Below are positions 56,901 to 64,000 of a DNA stretch of 64,000 nucleotides, one piece after another; position 1 is the stretch's first letter; each line of letters starts with the position of its first letter. The position numbers and the translations under genes were made by a program. Source of the stretch: a virus (taxonomy: Duplodnaviria; Caudoviricetes); IMG/VR virus record IMGVR_UViG_2934336660_000001, positions 1-64,000 of that record; one strand, 5' to 3'. The notes under the pieces are model-generated. The model was not told the DNA's origin and searched no databases. It saw only the letters and a program-made list of their open reading frames with translations.

Positions 56901-56985
56901 TGCGGACCTCGTCAGCCCCGCCGCGCAGCCCCCGCTTGAACTGGGCAAGCTCGGCAACGAACTGCACGGAGATACGACGTGCCAC
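53920..56985 (-). CDS. Tape measure protein
   Basis: 1021 aa, Ala/Gly-rich helical, follows the tail chaperones. Confidence 0.9.
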   Translation of the reverse strand: MARRISVQFVAELAQFKRGLRGGADEVRNVKREAVAAQREVAALGDVGEKAGRQLGDGIVRGADGKLRDSRGKFVKAGQDSGKGFGDGFEQGTRRGFSKVAGILGGGLLTAGGAAPWQGLAAIPAVAGVASASLQTIPPLLAAIGGGLGAIPSLAAGSAASIGTVKLATAGLGDAIKETFADERDPYLQLSRNGQQFVTVLGSQRHALADLRHLAQDTVFAGLDREVNDLAQVALPFARTQVVRFGQTWNTTFRQVAALGRDPGFLNGLDAAFDTADGFFDKVNQRIPATGRSLGLLFTSSVPAVNAWGDGLLAYGDQFNEWIDRTARSGQLDRFFQDAAKQADALLDIGQEIFTLIARIGGMQSGSTLLRDMADALARFNNEAHNMQSVEGIIRTGNAAIEGVVDVLVVLGETLGETLADPGTAAAVGMFFDVLRVGAEVVGGLAQVFGLLPDPIQAVLLAGAGLVLLGGRLHSAFGKAGAAVGGLTDRLNAAGPAGERAARGVDASAKAAGRAAVALVALQAAQVVLQQFRDAAPDVERLSKALQEYAVTGKVTGEATRVFGAGLGDLGKDVNAASDSWFPKLGRSIEGIIPGARELNEAIFGGSWTGGAENVKALDDALVRLVETSGKTAGIEAWNRVLSESGMNADELIKLLPGYEQAMKNADMSAGSATATQQLLSGSMQDAITTMGSYTRAWEVLNGAQLSSDEAALAAKDAIDEVSEAFKTNKDVVTGNSRAALENRIAVGQAAQAAAEAAQKKYDETQSIDVANAAYDSYIAALRRTLDQTNLTDAEIDTLLATYAKMPPVKQTAVSAPGTGAATQQVTDFNFAVRNVPPSKTVPFWASTGEATAAVNALKSKINELQSKHIYISGTVRWTSTGDLKVPGGTLRKDRWGGVHEGGYAKAATGLLREAEVFTPRNPGRYMIAEPQTGGEAFIPKVGDRERSISIGRRAMEWYGMAVVPKAWLSANRWGIQAASQGNAVAAAPAGGGPVTVNLSAYSNQFSLSQVMQDLAMRGAR

Positions 56986-57003
56986 CGGACACCCCCAACC
57001 AGG

Positions 57004-57456
57004 TCAGAGGGCGTTGCGGGGTTTGGGAGAGCCGCGTCGTACCCGCACCACGCGGGGAATGAGCGCCCGCTTGTCGTCGGGGTCCGCCTTGTGCAACCGC
57101 ATGGCGGTGGTCACCGCGCACTCGGCGGGGGTGACCGGCCAGTAAATCCACTGGGCGCGCGGGTTGTTCCGGTCGGCATCTTTCGACTGGCACACCGACG
57201 CCGGGCCACCGCAGTGCGGGCACAGGTCGTTCTCGTATTCGGCGAGGGCCAGCATCCAACCGCGTTGTTCCTCATCCCACGCCGACTCCACCCACTCGGT
57301 GGAGCGCACCACCCTGCCGTCGCCGTCGTGCTCATACTCGGTGACCCGGTCAGGCGTCCAGCCGTCGAACTCGCGCAGGCTCAGCCCAAGCCGCCTCGCA
57401 GCATCAACCCTCGCTAGGAGGCTCGGATCAGCTGTGAGACGGCGAACGAGTTTGGG
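57004..57456 (-). CDS. Tail assembly chaperone extension (gpGT-like) reached by -1 frameshift
   Basis: The -1 frame is open from C CCA AAC through 57004. Confidence 0.75.
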   Translation of the reverse strand, partial: PKLVRRLTADPSLLARVDAARRLGLSLREFDGWTPDRVTEYEHDGDGRVVRSTEWVESAWDEEQRGWMLALAEYENDLCPHCGGPASVCQSKDADRNNPRAQWIYWPVTPAECAVTTAMRLHKADPDDKRALIPRVVRVRRGSPKPRNAL

Positions 57457-58028
57457 ACGTCAACCTTGCGGATACACAGGTGGAGGGCGGTGTTCTGAAG
57501 TTGGGCGAACTGCCACTCCGTGAGTTTGCCGTCTTCCACCGGCTCGCCGGCCTTCTCCAGCCGTGCCCGCTCATCGTCGTTGTCGCCCAGCAGTTCCCGC
57601 CACGTGTCGTCGTCGAGGTCGTCGGGACTGTACGTGCACGACCGAATGAGGGCTTCCATGAACGCCTCAACGTTGTAGCCGAGCTTCGCGTCTTCCTCGT
57701 TGTCTTTGCGCGGCGGGTGCTGCTTGAGCAGGGCGTCCCACGCCTTGCGGTGCAAGGCGCGCATCCGGAACACGATGGTGTCGGCGCGCATCTGGTCCTG
57801 CACGGCGGTGATCTGCGCACCGATCTCGCGGGCACGGTGGTCCCCGGCGAGCCGCTTGTCCTTCGCCGCCGCAGCCTCAGCGTCAGCCAACTGGCGGTGG
57901 AGGTCTTCCCACTCGGCTTGCAGGTCACCACGCAAGCAGATGTCAACGGTGCGCTCCGGCAGCGCCGCCGACTTGAGGCGGTCCTTCGTGCTCAGCCGGC
58001 CAGGTTCGGCAGCGGTGGCATCCGTCAT
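57414..58028 (-). CDS. Tail assembly chaperone (gpG-like)
   Basis: Between tail tube and tape measure; slippery heptamer near its end. Confidence 0.8.
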   Translation of the reverse strand: MTDATAAEPGRLSTKDRLKSAALPERTVDICLRGDLQAEWEDLHRQLADAEAAAAKDKRLAGDHRAREIGAQITAVQDQMRADTIVFRMRALHRKAWDALLKQHPPRKDNEEDAKLGYNVEAFMEALIRSCTYSPDDLDDDTWRELLGDNDDERARLEKAGEPVEDGKLTEWQFAQLQNTALHLCIRKVDVPNSFAVSQLIRAS

Positions 58029-58234
58029 GACAGCGCCTCCACAACCCGCACCACCGCGTCGGGCAGTTCGATCCGCGCGGACTCGGGCAGAAGCACCAGT
58101 TCCAGCACAGGCCGGTCGCGCTCCCACGTGAGCCGCAGGGCATCTGCCTTCACAGCGGCGGAGATGTCTACGCCGTCAACGGTCAGGTGGTACTCACCAT
58201 GGGCGTCACCGGGTGCAATCACAACTTTCGACAT
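58025..58234 (-). CDS. Small hypothetical tail-region protein
   Basis: AAAGGG RBS, ATGA overlap. Confidence 0.6.
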   Translation of the reverse strand: MSKVVIAPGDAHGEYHLTVDGVDISAAVKADALRLTWERDRPVLELVLLPESARIELPDAVVRVVEALS

Positions 58235-58272
58235 AGTCAGCCCTTTCGTATCAGCCCTTGGACACGGTTGAA

Positions 58273-58310
58273 GGCGGTGTGGGCTAAGGGCTGAGGAAGC
58301 CCACACCGCC
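58273..58310 (-). terminator. Hairpin after the major tail gene
   Basis: GGCGGTGTGGGCT...AGCCCACACCGCC. Confidence 0.55.
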
Positions 58311-58330
58311 AGATCAGGGGAGTGCGAGGG

Positions 58331-58831
58331 CTAGGCGACGACCACGGCGTCCTGCACGACCGGGCCGGTGATGAAGGGCTTCTGCGTCACCGTCAACACG
58401 CTGTTCGCGGTGCCAGGCTGCTTACGCCGCCAACCCATCTTCGCCGGGTACACATCCACGATGTCGCCGGCCGTGACCGCCTGGTCGTAGGGGACGCCGA
58501 TGCGGGCCACCCAATAGCCGGTGGTCAGCCGAGTCAACGCCAAGTACAACTCGTTGTCGGCAGGCGAGTCTGGGTTGTGGACGTACGACACGTTCAGGCT
58601 GTGCTGAAGGCGGCCTGGCTGCTCGTACGTGGACGTGGAACACAGCCGCTCATCGGTGACGGTCTGCTCATCCGTTTCCGGGGTCCACCCCTCGGCGGTC
58701 AGGTAGCACGACGCGTCGATCACTGACGGGGCGGTGAGTTCGGCGACGGTGGGGTTTTCGGGGTCGGCGAGTGCAGGCACCCACCAGACGGCCTGGTTAC
58801 CATCGGCGGGCACCGAATTGGGCATCGTCAC
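58331..58831 (-). CDS. Major tail tube protein
   Basis: PTVAEL...DASCYLT...DERLCS...PGR actinophage tail-tube pattern. Confidence 0.85.
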   Translation of the reverse strand: MTMPNSVPADGNQAVWWVPALADPENPTVAELTAPSVIDASCYLTAEGWTPETDEQTVTDERLCSTSTYEQPGRLQHSLNVSYVHNPDSPADNELYLALTRLTTGYWVARIGVPYDQAVTAGDIVDVYPAKMGWRRKQPGTANSVLTVTQKPFITGPVVQDAVVVA

Positions 58832-58837
58832 TGTGGG

Positions 58838-59551
58838 TTACCTTCCTTCGCTCGCTGTGTCAGCCGGCGCGTCTGTCGAGGTGTTGGCCTTGCTGCGGCG
58901 GGTACGCCCGCCGTCAGTCGGGGTGTTCGGGTCGCCCGGAGCCGCGGCGTCCGAGGACTGCCGCTGCCCATCACCGCGGGGGATGAACTCCTCACCGCCC
59001 GAAGCGGGTTCGGTCACCACCGAGCGGGCGGGGGTGGCTGACCGCCCGTCTTTACCGACGAACGGCTTCGCCGGGCGGGGCACCGCGCGGGTGCCTTCCA
59101 GATCCGGCCACCGGTCGGGGTCGTTCACCGGCTCCACACCGCGCCGGTGCTCCAACGCACGGGCATCCAGGTCGAAAAGGTGCCCGGTTTGGGTGTCACG
59201 CACCCTGATCCACTTCGGCATGACGTCCCCTTACCGCTTCACGACAATGCGAGTGACCGTGGTCGTTGAGGACCACGTGATGTGCGCCAACCGGTCCGAC
59301 GGGTCCCGGTACACATCCAGCAGCGGAATCTCCCACAACTGCCCGGCCGGAATGCTGAACACCTTGTCCGGTGCGGCCACCCCGTATGACGTGTTGCCGG
59401 GCACAGCGATGGTGCAGGTGATGGGCGAACCGGAGCCGTTGTTGACGAGCAGCGAATACCCGCCGCACTTCGCGGTGTCATTCGCCGCAGCGGGGAGGAG
59501 CGCCAGGTTGACGCCTTCGAAGGAGGCGGTGCGTACGGGAATCTCAGCCAT
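58838..59551 (-). other. Two virion-region genes (58838-59221, 59231-59551)
   Basis: RBS-ATG starts within the structural operon. Confidence 0.65.
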
Positions 59552-59990
59552 CAGGGCTCCGGGATGAGTTCAAGGTGAATAGGGCGAACGTGAAGTACGG
59601 CGGATGACCGTCGGGGGTGCGGGCCTGCTCATCCCGCTGTGGCTGTGGTGGCCCGGCGGCTTCCGGCTGCTGGGTGATGACCGAGCAGTTGCGGCCGGGA
59701 ATGGTGGGCCGACGGCGGTGCAGCAGCGCGGATGCCCGATCGAGGGCGGTAATCGCCTCACGCGGGTCACGGCCCACCGCCGTGATCTGGGTGGTGGTGG
59801 CTGTCTCACCGCCGTACCCGTTGAGGGTGATCGTGGGGCGCATTGCGGGTGGCGGCCACAGGATCAGGTGCGGGTACTCAAGCGGCCCATCAACCTCGTC
59901 GACCTGGCCGATGAACACGCGGTAGGGAAGGGGTTCGAGGAGGTCCGCCAAACCTTGGGCGTGCGCCCACCCGACGTCGGTGTCAGCCAT
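59544..59990 (-). CDS. Tail terminator-like protein
   Basis: Position; YPHLILW...TQITAVG. Confidence 0.6.
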   Translation of the reverse strand: MADTDVGWAHAQGLADLLEPLPYRVFIGQVDEVDGPLEYPHLILWPPPAMRPTITLNGYGGETATTTQITAVGRDPREAITALDRASALLHRRRPTIPGRNCSVITQQPEAAGPPQPQRDEQARTPDGHPPYFTFALFTLNSSRSPDG

Positions 59991-60336
59991 CCAGAACCTG
60001 CCCACCCAAGGCTTCGGCGGCGGCGTAGAACATGGGTTCCACCACGTCGGCGGCCTGATCCATGAACGGCTGCGGGGCCTGACGGCTTGTACCGTTATGC
60101 ACCCAATGGTCATACGAGACGTTAGGCCCGGTCTCTCCAGAGATCACGTCGGAGCCTGGGCCGCCGTTGAAGTCCGAGGTGATCGACGACCGCAGCAGGC
60201 CAGTGAGCACTGGGGCGCGGGCCTTACCGATCTGCTCTGTTCGCAACGTGGACGACCGCACCAGCCCGTGCACATTCCGGCCCAGTTCCACCCCGGCGCC
60301 GTCCATGTCGTCGGCAAGCCGGTCAAAGTCGTCCAC
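59983..60336 (-). CDS. HK97 gp10-like neck protein
   Basis: APVLTGLLRSSI...HNGTSRQAPQPFM. Confidence 0.85.
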   Translation of the reverse strand: MDDFDRLADDMDGAGVELGRNVHGLVRSSTLRTEQIGKARAPVLTGLLRSSITSDFNGGPGSDVISGETGPNVSYDHWVHNGTSRQAPQPFMDQAADVVEPMFYAAAEALGGQVLDG

Positions 60337-60349
60337 CAGCGCACCCCCT

Positions 60350-60784
60350 CTATCGGGTGGTGGGCTGCCTCAACTGGCAGACGAGGTCCCGCTGCCACGA
60401 GATTGACGACCCCGACACGGCGACCACCGTCAAGGTTCGGGGCGGCTCCAACAGGTCAGGGTTCGTGGCGGTCGCGGTGAGCGTCACCAGGTCGTTGGTT
60501 TGGTACACGACCGCGCCGACGGGCAGGGTGATGCGCACATCAGCCAATGGGGTGGTGGTGTCCGCGACCACCGGTTGCCCGGCCGCCGACAGGTACTGGT
60601 AGCGGCACGGCCCCTCATACAGCAGTTCAGGCGGCGGGTACGTGTTCTTACCCGCTGCATCGTCCCACACCGCCTGCTGCGCCGGGCGTTCCACCCGGCA
60701 CTCGGCGGTGGCCTGTTTGTCGGCGACCGGGCGGTGGTGTTGCTCGAACCGGGGATGGATCAGGTGGGTGTTCGGCAGCGGCAT
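60350..60784 (-). CDS. Head closure protein (DUF6093-like)
   Basis: LYEGPCRYQ...ITLPV...NDLV. Confidence 0.7.
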   Translation of the reverse strand: MPLPNTHLIHPRFEQHHRPVADKQATAECRVERPAQQAVWDDAAGKNTYPPPELLYEGPCRYQYLSAAGQPVVADTTTPLADVRITLPVGAVVYQTNDLVTLTATATNPDLLEPPRTLTVVAVSGSSISWQRDLVCQLRQPTTR

Positions 60785-60788
60785 CCGG

Positions 60789-61157
60789 TCACCACCAGAC
60801 CCGGTACGCGGCATGCGGGTCGAAGTCGACGACCGAGATGGCCCACGCCTCCGCCCCGCCCACCACATCGTCAACGTCCTGCCGTGCCTGATCCCGCAAC
60901 GCTTTCGCCTGCGCCCGCAGTTCGGCGGCCACCGCAGGGCCGTCGGTGCTGAGGTCCTGCGTGGTGATCTTCTTCGATACCAGCAGTTCGGAGCGGGAGA
61001 TTGTTTCCAGCGCCGCCGCAGCGGCCCGCTTCACCCCACCCTCCAAGGCGAGGAACGCCAGGATCTCATCGTCGGTGAACAGCGGGTCAGCATCGCTCAC
61101 GTCGGTAATAAGTAGCCGCACCATGCCCACATTGGTGGTGGGGTCAGTCGTGATCAC
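60789..61157 (-). CDS. Head-tail adaptor
   Basis: VRLLITD...LFTDDEILAFL. Confidence 0.75.
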   Translation of the reverse strand: MITTDPTTNVGMVRLLITDVSDADPLFTDDEILAFLALEGGVKRAAAAALETISRSELLVSKKITTQDLSTDGPAVAAELRAQAKALRDQARQDVDDVVGGAEAWAISVVDFDPHAAYRVWW

Positions 61158-61181
61158 ACCGCCCCCAGGTCAGACGCAGGG

Positions 61182-61652
61182 TCAGCCGTCGGCGTCGATG
61201 ACCTTCGCGGCCACACAGGCGGCAATGATGTCGTTGCGGCCCGCATCGGGGGCGTAGGCGACCTTGGCGAGGTTCGCGAACGCCTGCCACGCATCAAGGC
61301 CGGAACCCTTGCCGTGACGCGGCGGTGGCGGGGGCAGCGACGGCCGGGCGCCCGGTGCTGGTTCGCTCACCTCAACCGGGTCATCGTCGGTGTCGTCCTC
61401 GTCCGCCGCAGGTGGTTCGTCGGCGGCCGGCTCAGACACCGGTGTGACCTCATGCTGAGGCCAACGCTCCGGTGCGGGTTCGCTGATCCGGACAGGCCCG
61501 CCCGGCGCCGGCTCCCCACCGTCCGCCGAAGCGGGGGCGGGAAGCCGGGCGTCAAGCAGGTCGTACAGATCCGAAACGGCGTCGACCAGTGCGGACAACC
61601 ATGGGCCGTCCGTGCCGAACGGTGTGCCCAGATTCGGTCGGACACGGCCCAT
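61182..61652 (-). CDS. Hypothetical virion-region protein
   Basis: Starts just after the capsid stop; acidic Pro-rich linker. Confidence 0.65.
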   Translation of the reverse strand: MGRVRPNLGTPFGTDGPWLSALVDAVSDLYDLLDARLPAPASADGGEPAPGGPVRISEPAPERWPQHEVTPVSEPAADEPPAADEDDTDDDPVEVSEPAPGARPSLPPPPPRHGKGSGLDAWQAFANLAKVAYAPDAGRNDIIAACVAAKVIDADG

Positions 61653-61654
61653 GA

Positions 61655-62893
61655 TCAGGCGCCCGTACCGTTCGACACCACAGCCGACTTCGGGTCCATA
61701 AGCGTTCCGCCCAGAACCATGCGAACCCGGTACTGAATGGCGTCGTGCTCGAAGTCGCCCTCCTCCGGGGCAACCGGCCCGCCGCCGACGCGCATCGCGT
61801 TCGGCGACTTCACCCACAGCTCCGGGGTTTCGTGGCCGATGAGGAAGCCCAACTCCATGGCGGGGCGCCCAACGGTCGGGTTCGCGAACACGTACCAGGC
61901 GGTGTTGCCGTTGGTGGTGTTCACGATCGGCAGCCACGGGTTCACCACGACGGACACCCGGTTGCGCATCCAGTTCGCGACCCGAAGCTGATCGTTGCCG
62001 GTGCCCGGGCCGCCGCCGGTCGCGGCAAGGATCTCGGTGGCGTTGACGATGTTGTTCGCCGCGACCTCCAACGCCGGAGGCACCACGAGGGTGACACCTT
62101 CGACGTAGATGGGGCCACCGTCGGAGTCCTTCTGCTGGCCGAGGGTCTGCATGGCGTACTGAAGGCCCTGAACGGTCAGCGCCGGGTTGGTGGGGGTGCC
62201 CGCACCGGTGACCGTGGCGTTGACCTGGTTGCGGTTCGCGTTGGAGAAGAAGGTGCTGTTGGGGCCGCCGGAGCCGGAGAACAACTGCGCGGCGAACTTC
62301 TCCTCGGTGCGGCGGGCGGCGTTGCCGAGTCGGGTCGGCAGTTCGGTGAGGGCGTCCAGGTCGTCGTTGACCATGGTCTCCCACGAAACGGCGATCTGGT
62401 CGCCGTACTTCGCCACCGCGTACTCGTAGGCGGCGTCGGTGACGGACCGCACCTTGTACGGGGCGAGTTCCTTCACCTGGTTCAGGACACCCTCACCGCC
62501 GTCCAGCGTGAAGCGCTTCACGGTACGGAAGTCCCGAACCCGGCCCCGCTTGGCGTACGACGGCCACTGCACCGGGCGGGTCTGGTACGCGGCGAGGAGC
62601 TGCCGGTCGATGATGTCACCGAACAGGTTGGTGAAGTCCGCCCGGGACATGGCCTCCTGGAAGGCGACGGTGGCCCGGCGGTCACCTTCGATGGTGCCCC
62701 GGTACAGGCGGGTGAGGTGCAGCAGGTTCCGCTTGTACTGGGCGGATTCCTGGCGGCGCTGCCGGCGGTTGCCGGTGAGCAGGGTGCCGTCGCCGCCGAA
62801 GATGTTGTTGGTGGCGGCACCCTCGGTGCCGGCCTGGAAGGTTTCGAGCTGGCCCAGCGTGCCAAGACCAGCGTCGAGCATGGAAGTCGTCAT
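61655..62893 (-). CDS. Major capsid protein (Mu gpT-like)
   Basis: VRDFRTVK...KYG..I.VSWETMVNDDL..L...P..LG.AA..TE...LVVPPALE. Confidence 0.9.
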   Translation of the reverse strand: MTTSMLDAGLGTLGQLETFQAGTEGAATNNIFGGDGTLLTGNRRQRRQESAQYKRNLLHLTRLYRGTIEGDRRATVAFQEAMSRADFTNLFGDIIDRQLLAAYQTRPVQWPSYAKRGRVRDFRTVKRFTLDGGEGVLNQVKELAPYKVRSVTDAAYEYAVAKYGDQIAVSWETMVNDDLDALTELPTRLGNAARRTEEKFAAQLFSGSGGPNSTFFSNANRNQVNATVTGAGTPTNPALTVQGLQYAMQTLGQQKDSDGGPIYVEGVTLVVPPALEVAANNIVNATEILAATGGGPGTGNDQLRVANWMRNRVSVVVNPWLPIVNTTNGNTAWYVFANPTVGRPAMELGFLIGHETPELWVKSPNAMRVGGGPVAPEEGDFEHDAIQYRVRMVLGGTLMDPKSAVVSNGTGA

Positions 62894-62907
62894 GTTCGGC
62901 GGGTCTC

Positions 62908-63264
62908 CTAGTAGCCGACGCGGACAGGGATGGTGGCGGTGGCGCCGGATGCGACGGCGGCCATGGCGTAGCCGAAGCGGACGCCGTTTGTGTTGTCCTT
63001 GTTGATCTTGTGGGGGGTGGCGGCGGTGTCGTAGTAGACGATGTCGCCCGCCGCGATGGCCGCGTCCGTGGTCGTCTCGCCCTTCACGGATAGGTCGAAC
63101 GTGCCGTCGAGGGCGCAGGTGGTCACACCGTTGGAGTCCTCGTTGGTGAGGGCCACACCGGGGATCTGCCCGCAGATGACCGGGTCACCCGACTGGGGGG
63201 TGGCTGGCGCCGTGCAGACCAGCGGCGCGCTCTCGGTCCACATGTACACGGTGTTCTTCGCCAT
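62908..63264 (-). CDS. Capsid decoration protein (DUF2190-like)
   Basis: MAKN...SGDPV..G...GVAL...GTFDL. Confidence 0.8.
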   Translation of the reverse strand: MAKNTVYMWTESAPLVCTAPATPQSGDPVICGQIPGVALTNEDSNGVTTCALDGTFDLSVKGETTTDAAIAAGDIVYYDTAATPHKINKDNTNGVRFGYAMAAVASGATATIPVRVGY

Positions 63265-63266
63265 GA

Positions 63267-64000
63267 TCAGCCACGGCCCTTCGACGCGATCGACGCCTGA
63301 GCCTCGGTTAGACCCAGGGTGGTGAAGAAGTCGTTCATCTCCTTCTCGAAGCCGTCGTCCTGCGGCGACTCCTGCCGGGCGGTGCCCAGCCCGTACGGCT
63401 GGCCCACACCGGCGGCCTCCAACGCCTCAGCGCGAGCACCCCGCACGTAGGTCGCCTCATCGGCGATGACCGTGGTGATCGTTGCGGTCAGCGCCGTCTC
63501 ATCCACCACACCCTCAGCGGTCGTCGGCACCTGGCCGAGGACCCGCGAGGTGACCCGGGGGGTAATCTGCGCGACCACGTCGGCGTGCTCCGGGGCACGC
63601 AACGCGACAGTGACCGCCTCGTTGGCGCGCTCACGGTTACGCAGCGACCGGTTCTCCGACTCGCGGGCCGTGTTCGCGGCCTGCACAGCGGTCAGGGCGG
63701 CCTGCATCTGGGCGAGCTGAGCGGTGACCGCCTCCAAAGCCGCAGTCGTCTGCGCGTTCGGCGCGGACTCGGCGGCCGGAGCAGTCACGGGGGCGGTGTC
63801 GACGACCGGTGCCGTCCCCGCCTCAACCGGCGCGGTGCCGGTCGTGGTTCCCGACATAGCGGGCTCCTTATCAATGGGTGGGTTGGGTGCGGTCGGCGGG
63901 GCGCCGTCCGTCACGGTGTGGGGGGCCGCCGGAACGGCCTCGGGGGTGGGGGACGGCACGGTGCCGGGCGCACCCGGGTTGGGGTTGGCCTCAGCAGCCG
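63267..64000 (-). CDS. C-terminal scaffold part of a probable protease/scaffold gene (5' end outside the window); internal start at 63857
   Basis: Coiled-coil, Ala/Pro-rich; AAGGAG RBS before MSGTTTG. Confidence 0.65.
   Translation of the reverse strand, partial: AAEANPNPGAPGTVPSPTPEAVPAAPHTVTDGAPPTAPNPPIDKEPAMSGTTTGTAPVEAGTAPVVDTAPVTAPAAESAPNAQTTAALEAVTAQLAQMQAALTAVQAANTARESENRSLRNRERANEAVTVALRAPEHADVVAQITPRVTSRVLGQVPTTAEGVVDETALTATITTVIADEATYVRGARAEALEAAGVGQPYGLGTARQESPQDDGFEKEMNDFFTTLGLTEAQASIASKGRG

Larger units (their letters stand above)
1..64000. mobile_element. Temperate siphophage / phage-plasmid region spanning the whole window (ends not visible)
   Basis: Ordered head-tail-lysis operon at 46.1-64 kb, dense small phage-type ORFs with 1-4 nt start/stop overlaps, replication initiators, no host housekeeping genes. 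Confidence 0.85.

Noticed and set aside
63855-63870. Internal start in the protease/scaffold gene as a novelty
   Set aside because: Known arrangement (lambda C/Nu3-like)
1-64000. Integrase, att sites, tRNA or rRNA genes
   Set aside because: No recombinase motifs, cloverleaf or rRNA-like sequence were recognised; the element ends lie outside the window

Overview
High-GC actinobacterial DNA (Micromonosporaceae-like by gene content; the host is an inference) that appears to be part of one large temperate siphophage or phage-plasmid. No host housekeeping gene, integrase, rRNA, tRNA or CRISPR array is recognisable. The right end (about 46.1-64 kb, minus strand) is a virion and lysis operon: scaffold, capsid decoration protein, major capsid, connectors, tail tube, tail chaperone with a -1 frameshift site, tape measure, minor tails, SGNH esterase, endolysin and holins. 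The left 46 kb is a very large accessory region. It holds dozens of small genes, two separate HTH replication-initiator-like genes that each contain iteron-like repeats, HicAB and Panacea/RelE-like toxin-antitoxin pairs, an orphan Phd, an orphan Pycsar-like membrane effector, and an operon (33.4-41.8 kb) resembling a Streptomyces-type TraB/FtsK DNA-transfer module that ends in a membrane-anchored GIY-YIG nuclease. Three observations stand out. (1) A tailed-phage region is contiguous with a TraB-like conjugation module and a second replicon with a candidate antisense RNA. (2) An intronless HNH cassette split the endolysin gene and carries a recoded replacement N-terminus. (3) At least eight small regulator plus private-operator switches partition the accessory genome. 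Family assignments come from motif recognition by eye; no database searches were run.
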